Source: Polyangiales bacterium (GTDB lineage Bacteria > Myxococcota_A > Polyangia > Polyangiales > JADJQN01). From it: a stretch of 64,000 nucleotides of DNA. Below, in pieces: positions 60,046-64,000 of this stretch (positions within the stretch are counted from its first letter, which is position 1; each line of letters opens with the position of its first letter). A program made the position numbers and the translations under genes. Location: the NCBI GenBank assembly GCA_964202905.1, contig CAXNJO010000003.1:96001-160000 (forward strand), written 5' to 3'. The notes beneath the pieces were generated by a model. It was not told the origin of the DNA and did no database searches. It worked only from the letters and a program-made list of their open reading frames with translations.

Positions 60046-62137
60046 GGATTTCCCCACCAGCGCGGCTCGAGCGTCTGCCCGAGCGGGACGAACTGCCAAT
60101 CGGTACCGCCAGCCGGGTCATCCACGCGCCGTGCCAAGAGGAGGACGACCTCGGTCGCGCCGGGGACGCGGCCGACGGCGACGTCCTCGAGCGCGCAGGT
60201 GCCGGGGCAGGCGCCCAGCGCGGGCGAGGCGCCGTCGAGCAGCGGGCTCGTGGGGTCGGGCCGGAGGACCGGGAGCGCAGCCTGGGACGCATCCTCAGGC
60301 GGAGTGGAACCGAGCGTGCGCTGGCCCTCCGCCAGGCCGAGCGTGCGCCGACCGTCGGCGCCCGTCGCGACGAACCAGAGCCGCACGGCGAGCGTCGGGG
60401 CGCCACCGTCCACGCCCAGGCGGATGCGCACGAGGGGCGCCGCGCCGCGCACGCCCTGCGCGGCATAGGCGCCGATCGACGGGCCGAGGACCTCGACGTC
60501 GGCGCCCGCGACGCACACTCCGGATACGCCGTCCCATGGACAGCCGCAGCGTTGCACGGCGCGGATCGTGGCGGGCGGCCCGATGGGCGGCTCACACGTG
60601 TAGAAGAGCCAGAGTCCAGCGCTCGGATCGAGGTCGGCCTGCGCGAGCGCGGGATCGCGGACGGAGACGCAATCGACATTGGGTGAGACGAGCACGCGCA
60701 CCGTCGACGGCGTCGGGCCCGGTGACCCGTCGGCCGCGGTCGGGGCGTATCGACGTAGGCGATCTCGAACGCACCGCCGCTGGTCTCGCGCGCGAAGGCG
60801 AGGAGGAACACCGTCTCGGCACCGAGGGACCCGCCGCTGAAGTCCGCGCTCGCCGTCGGTTCGCGCACGCTGGCGCGACGTGCAGCCCGTCGCGGTGCAA
60901 GACGGCGGCGTCGCACCCAGGTAGGCAGGGGGCGCGCGCGCCCCCGAGAAATCCGCGGCCGCGACATCCAAGGCACCCCGAAGTTCGCGGCATCCGCTGC
61001 GCCGATGGCGAAATCGATGGGCGCGACGCGCTCGAGGTCGCGCTCGACGTCCGACGCGTCGTAGAAGAGATATTCGGTGTCGCCGTCGCGGAGCAGCGCC
61101 GGCGCGCCGAGGCCGCCGGCGTTCCAGCGCGACTCGCCGGGCAGCACCGCGGCCGTGATCGCGCCGCCCGCAGACGTGAAGACGACGGGGTTCACGCACG
61201 CGAGCGGCGACGCCCGGAGGGGCCTGATCGCCACCGCCGCGCCGCGCCCCTCGACCGCGATGCGCAGGCCGCCCACCGTCTCCGCGCTCGCCATGTCGAC
61301 GAGGCACGAGCGCAGATTCGCCTGCGTGACGAACGCCGCATCCGCGACGACCAGCGTCTCGGCCCGGGCGGAGCCCGTGAGGACGCGCGCCGACAACGCG
61401 GGCACACCGTCGCGCGCGCCCGGCGAGACCTCGACGACCACGCGTCCCCCAGCGCCGATGGGCACCGGCGCGGCGATCAGCGACGTCGCGCCGCTCGTGA
61501 CGCGCAAGAGGCCGTCACCGCCCACAGCCACGCGCAGATCGGCGGCGAGGGCGCGGCCCGACGCGGGCCCCTCGGCCCCGGTGAGCACGACGGCCGCCTC
61601 GTCGCCGCACGCGCCGGCGTCGGCATCCACGCAGGGCGTCACGCCGAACGCGACCTCGATGCGCGCCCCGAACACGAGCGGCAGGCAGCGCTCGAGCGCG
61701 TCGCTCGGCATGAGCGAGCGGAGCACGCCGTCGGCGCCGAAGACGAGCTCCCCCCCCGCGACGCCCACGCCGCCGAGATCGGTGGGGGTCCGCCAGGCGC
61801 TCACCGAACCCCAGTTTTCGTAGAGTCGCGGCGCGGCAGTCCCCACGTCGCAGCACGCCGCGTTGCGGGCGCAGTCGAGATCCGCACAGTCGACGGCCTC
61901 ATCGCAGTCGTCGTCCGTCGTCGGTCCGTTGAAACAGATCTCCCGCGTGCGGCAGCTCGGCCCGGCGTCGGTGCCGGCGTCGCCGCCCGCGTCGGGGCTG
62001 GTCTCATCATCGGCGTCCGCGAGGCCGCCATCGACGGGCGTCGCGGGCAGCGGGTCGGGCGCGTTGAGCAGCGTGCACGCCGGGAGCGCGAGCAGCGCCA
62101 CCGCGAGCAGAGGCGCGAAATCAGGGCGTCCACGCAT
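60042..62137 (-). CDS. Lipoprotein related to the downstream gene; frameshifts at 60730-60940
   Basis: LPAC lipobox; EICFNG..DDDCDEAVDCADLDC; SVREPT and SVRDPAL motifs; TGATG coupling. Confidence 0.65.
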
Positions 62138-63591
62138 CACGGCATCCTCCAGGCGAGCGCACCGCCGACGTAACCGGGCCCCGCGACGGGCGCGATCGTC
62201 ACCGATCCCGTCGACCCCGCGCCCGCGTCCGCGTCGTCGAACGCGTAGAGGATCGTCGTGAGCAGCCCGAGCGCGGTCGTCGAGATCCACAGCACGTCGG
62301 CGAGGCCGTTGAGCGTGAGTACCTGGCGACGCCGCGTGCGCAGCGACACCCAGTCCGCCTGCGTGGAGGAGCCCTCGAGCAGGCCCGTCTCGTACTCGCC
62401 GACGTCGCTCCGGTAGTTCGCGTTCGCGCTGAGCGCGGCGAGCGCGGCGACGAGACCGACGGTGAACACGGAGGTCGTGGCGACGAGCGAGACCGTCGGC
62501 CACGCGCCGAGGTCGCGCACCGTGGCCGGGTCGACGCCGAGGCTGACCTCGAGGCGCGTGCGCTGGCCAGGCTGCACGGCGACCGTGGAGGCGTACGGGA
62601 GATGGCCCTCCGCCTCCACGCGGACGCGGTGCGTGCCCGCGCCGAGCGCGCCCGACACGCGCGTGCCCGTGCCGAAGGACGCCCCATCGACGACGACGCG
62701 CGCGGCGACGTCGACGGCGACCTCGAGGCTCCCCACGCCCTCCTCTTGCGCCGATGGGCCGGAGCGCGTGCCGTCCACCTCGACGAGCGCGCCGCCCGGC
62801 GCGATCTCCACGCGCTGCTCGCCGGTCGTGCGCCCGCCGCGCGTGATCCGCAGGGTGTGCGTGCCGGCCGCGACGGGGAGGACCGTGTCCAGCGCGATGG
62901 GCGCGCCGTCGAGCAAGGCCACGGCGCCCGGCGCGACCCGCACGCGCAGCGCGCCGGGGCGAGGCGTGAGCGCGGCCGTCGCGCGCCGCGTCTCGCCGGC
63001 GACGGCCTGCACGACGAGCGCGCGCTCCTCGTGTCCGGCAGCCGTGAGGTAGAGGGTGTGCTCGCCCGCCGCGACGGCGACCTCGAGCGGCGTCGTGCCG
63101 AGCACCGCGAGATCGCGGCGATCGAGGCGCACCTCGGCCGAGGGCGTCGCGTCGATCGCGAGCAGCGCGAGTTGCGGACGCATCGCCTCGATGCGCTGCC
63201 CGACCTCGGCGCGCTCGGCGTCGCTGAGCCCCGCCATCGCGAGGTACTCGATGAAATAGCCGAAGGCCTCGGCCGCGCGCCCGAGCTCCTGCAGCGTGAC
63301 GCCGGCGTTGAAGACCGCGTTGCGGCTGCGCACGATGCGGAGGCTCGAGACGTAGCTGCCGAGCGCCTCTTCGAGCCCGCGCATGCGCCGCGCGCCGCGG
63401 CGGCCGAGCGCCTCCGCGAGCTGTCGGTTGCCGCGCTCGAAGAAGACACGCGCCTCGGCGTTCGCATCGGCCTTCGCCGTCACGGGCGCGAGCACGGCCG
63501 CAGCGGGCGCCACCCCGACCGCGACCAGCATGACCAACACGAGAGATGGCAGACGCACGGAACCGCATCCCCGACAGGAGAATCGAACCAT
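62137..63591 (-). CDS. TPR + PEGA domain protein
   Basis: Signal peptide; EARVFFERG, AVFNAG TPR-like region; three PEGA-like repeats (LGTTPL..GEHTL); hydrophobic C-terminus. Confidence 0.85.
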   Translation of the reverse strand: MVRFSCRGCGSVRLPSLVLVMLVAVGVAPAAAVLAPVTAKADANAEARVFFERGNRQLAEALGRRGARRMRGLEEALGSYVSSLRIVRSRNAVFNAGVTLQELGRAAEAFGYFIEYLAMAGLSDAERAEVGQRIEAMRPQLALLAIDATPSAEVRLDRRDLAVLGTTPLEVAVAAGEHTLYLTAAGHEERALVVQAVAGETRRATAALTPRPGALRVRVAPGAVALLDGAPIALDTVLPVAAGTHTLRITRGGRTTGEQRVEIAPGGALVEVDGTRSGPSAQEEGVGSLEVAVDVAARVVVDGASFGTGTRVSGALGAGTHRVRVEAEGHLPYASTVAVQPGQRTRLEVSLGVDPATVRDLGAWPTVSLVATTSVFTVGLVAALAALSANANYRSDVGEYETGLLEGSSTQADWVSLRTRRRQVLTLNGLADVLWISTTALGLLTTILYAFDDADAGAGSTGSVTIAPVAGPGYVGGALAWRMP

Positions 63592-64000
63592 CAGAACTCC
63601 TGCTTGATCTGCACCGCGCCGCCGCTGCCCCCGGGAGGCGACGCACGGCGCGCGCGCAGCGCAACGTCGACCGTCGCGCCCTCGGTGGGGACGATCGCGC
63701 GGCGCGCATCGAGGTAGCCCGCCAGCGAGAAGCGCAGCGCCACGCTGCTCCCCGCGGCGAGCGGCGTGTCGAGCGGCGTGACGCCGAGCCGCTCCTCGCC
63801 GAGCCACACCGTCGCGCCGGGCGGTGTCGAGACGACGCGCACGGTCACCGGCGCGGGCACCGCGTCCGTCGGGACCGCCGGCGGCGCGTCCGTCGGGACC
63901 GCCGGCGGCGCGTCCGTCGGGACCACCGGCGGCGCGTCCATCGGGACCACCGGCGGCGCGGCCACCGGGACCACCGGCGGCGCATCGTCACCCGCGCCAG
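63591..64000 (-). CDS. C-terminal PEGA domain of an upstream protein (probably a Ser/Thr kinase; partial)
   Basis: 24-bp PPAVPTDA repeats, then VSTPPGATV..LGVTPL..LAGY; the kinase identity is inferred from the usual operon layout and is not visible. Confidence 0.65.
   Translation of the reverse strand, partial: GAGDDAPPVVPVAAPPVVPMDAPPVVPTDAPPAVPTDAPPAVPTDAVPAPVTVRVVSTPPGATVWLGEERLGVTPLDTPLAAGSSVALRFSLAGYLDARRAIVPTEGATVDVALRARRASPPGGSGGAVQIKQEF

Noticed and set aside
14101..62137. Mass pseudogenisation or programmed frameshifting (DUF692, precursor, ggt, hutF, CorA-like, stalk genes, lipoproteins)
   Set aside because: Indels are scattered through unrelated genes whose motifs are otherwise intact, which fits long-read errors better. 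This cannot be settled without reads.

Overview
High-GC bacterial DNA that looks like Myxococcota (Polyangiales/Sandaracinaceae-like), inferred from DAG-linker lipoproteins, myxobacterial Cys-rich repeats and a PEGA/TPR operon. Many single-base frameshifts in conserved genes suggest an unpolished long-read assembly. Housekeeping content includes tRNA-His/Arg/Lys, rpmG, fhs, an RluA synthase, ggt, a DAACS symporter, a TrmH methylase, a GMC oxidoreductase and an MFS-acyltransferase. Two accessory loci stand out. (1) 14.1-20.4 kb: a DUF692 (MNIO) + DUF2063 RiPP-maturation pair faces a hidden, frameshift-masked lipoprotein precursor ending in two CxGxNxCxG motifs. A 3.9-kb island, bounded by a 48-bp duplication of the precursor 3' end, separates them. 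It carries a secreted protein with possible MACPF/CDC-like and C2-like domains, an intact ISL3 and a small membrane protein. (2) 37.2-53.8 kb: three paralogous Cys-rich 'stalk' lipoproteins switch to unrelated tip domains (fibrinogen-like, FG-GAP, fucolectin-like) directly after the same CGDG..CDDGN motif. They are interleaved with an AAA-ATPase/nuclease gene whose 5' and 3' ends are separately duplicated. All protein family calls come from motif recognition by eye, not from database searches.
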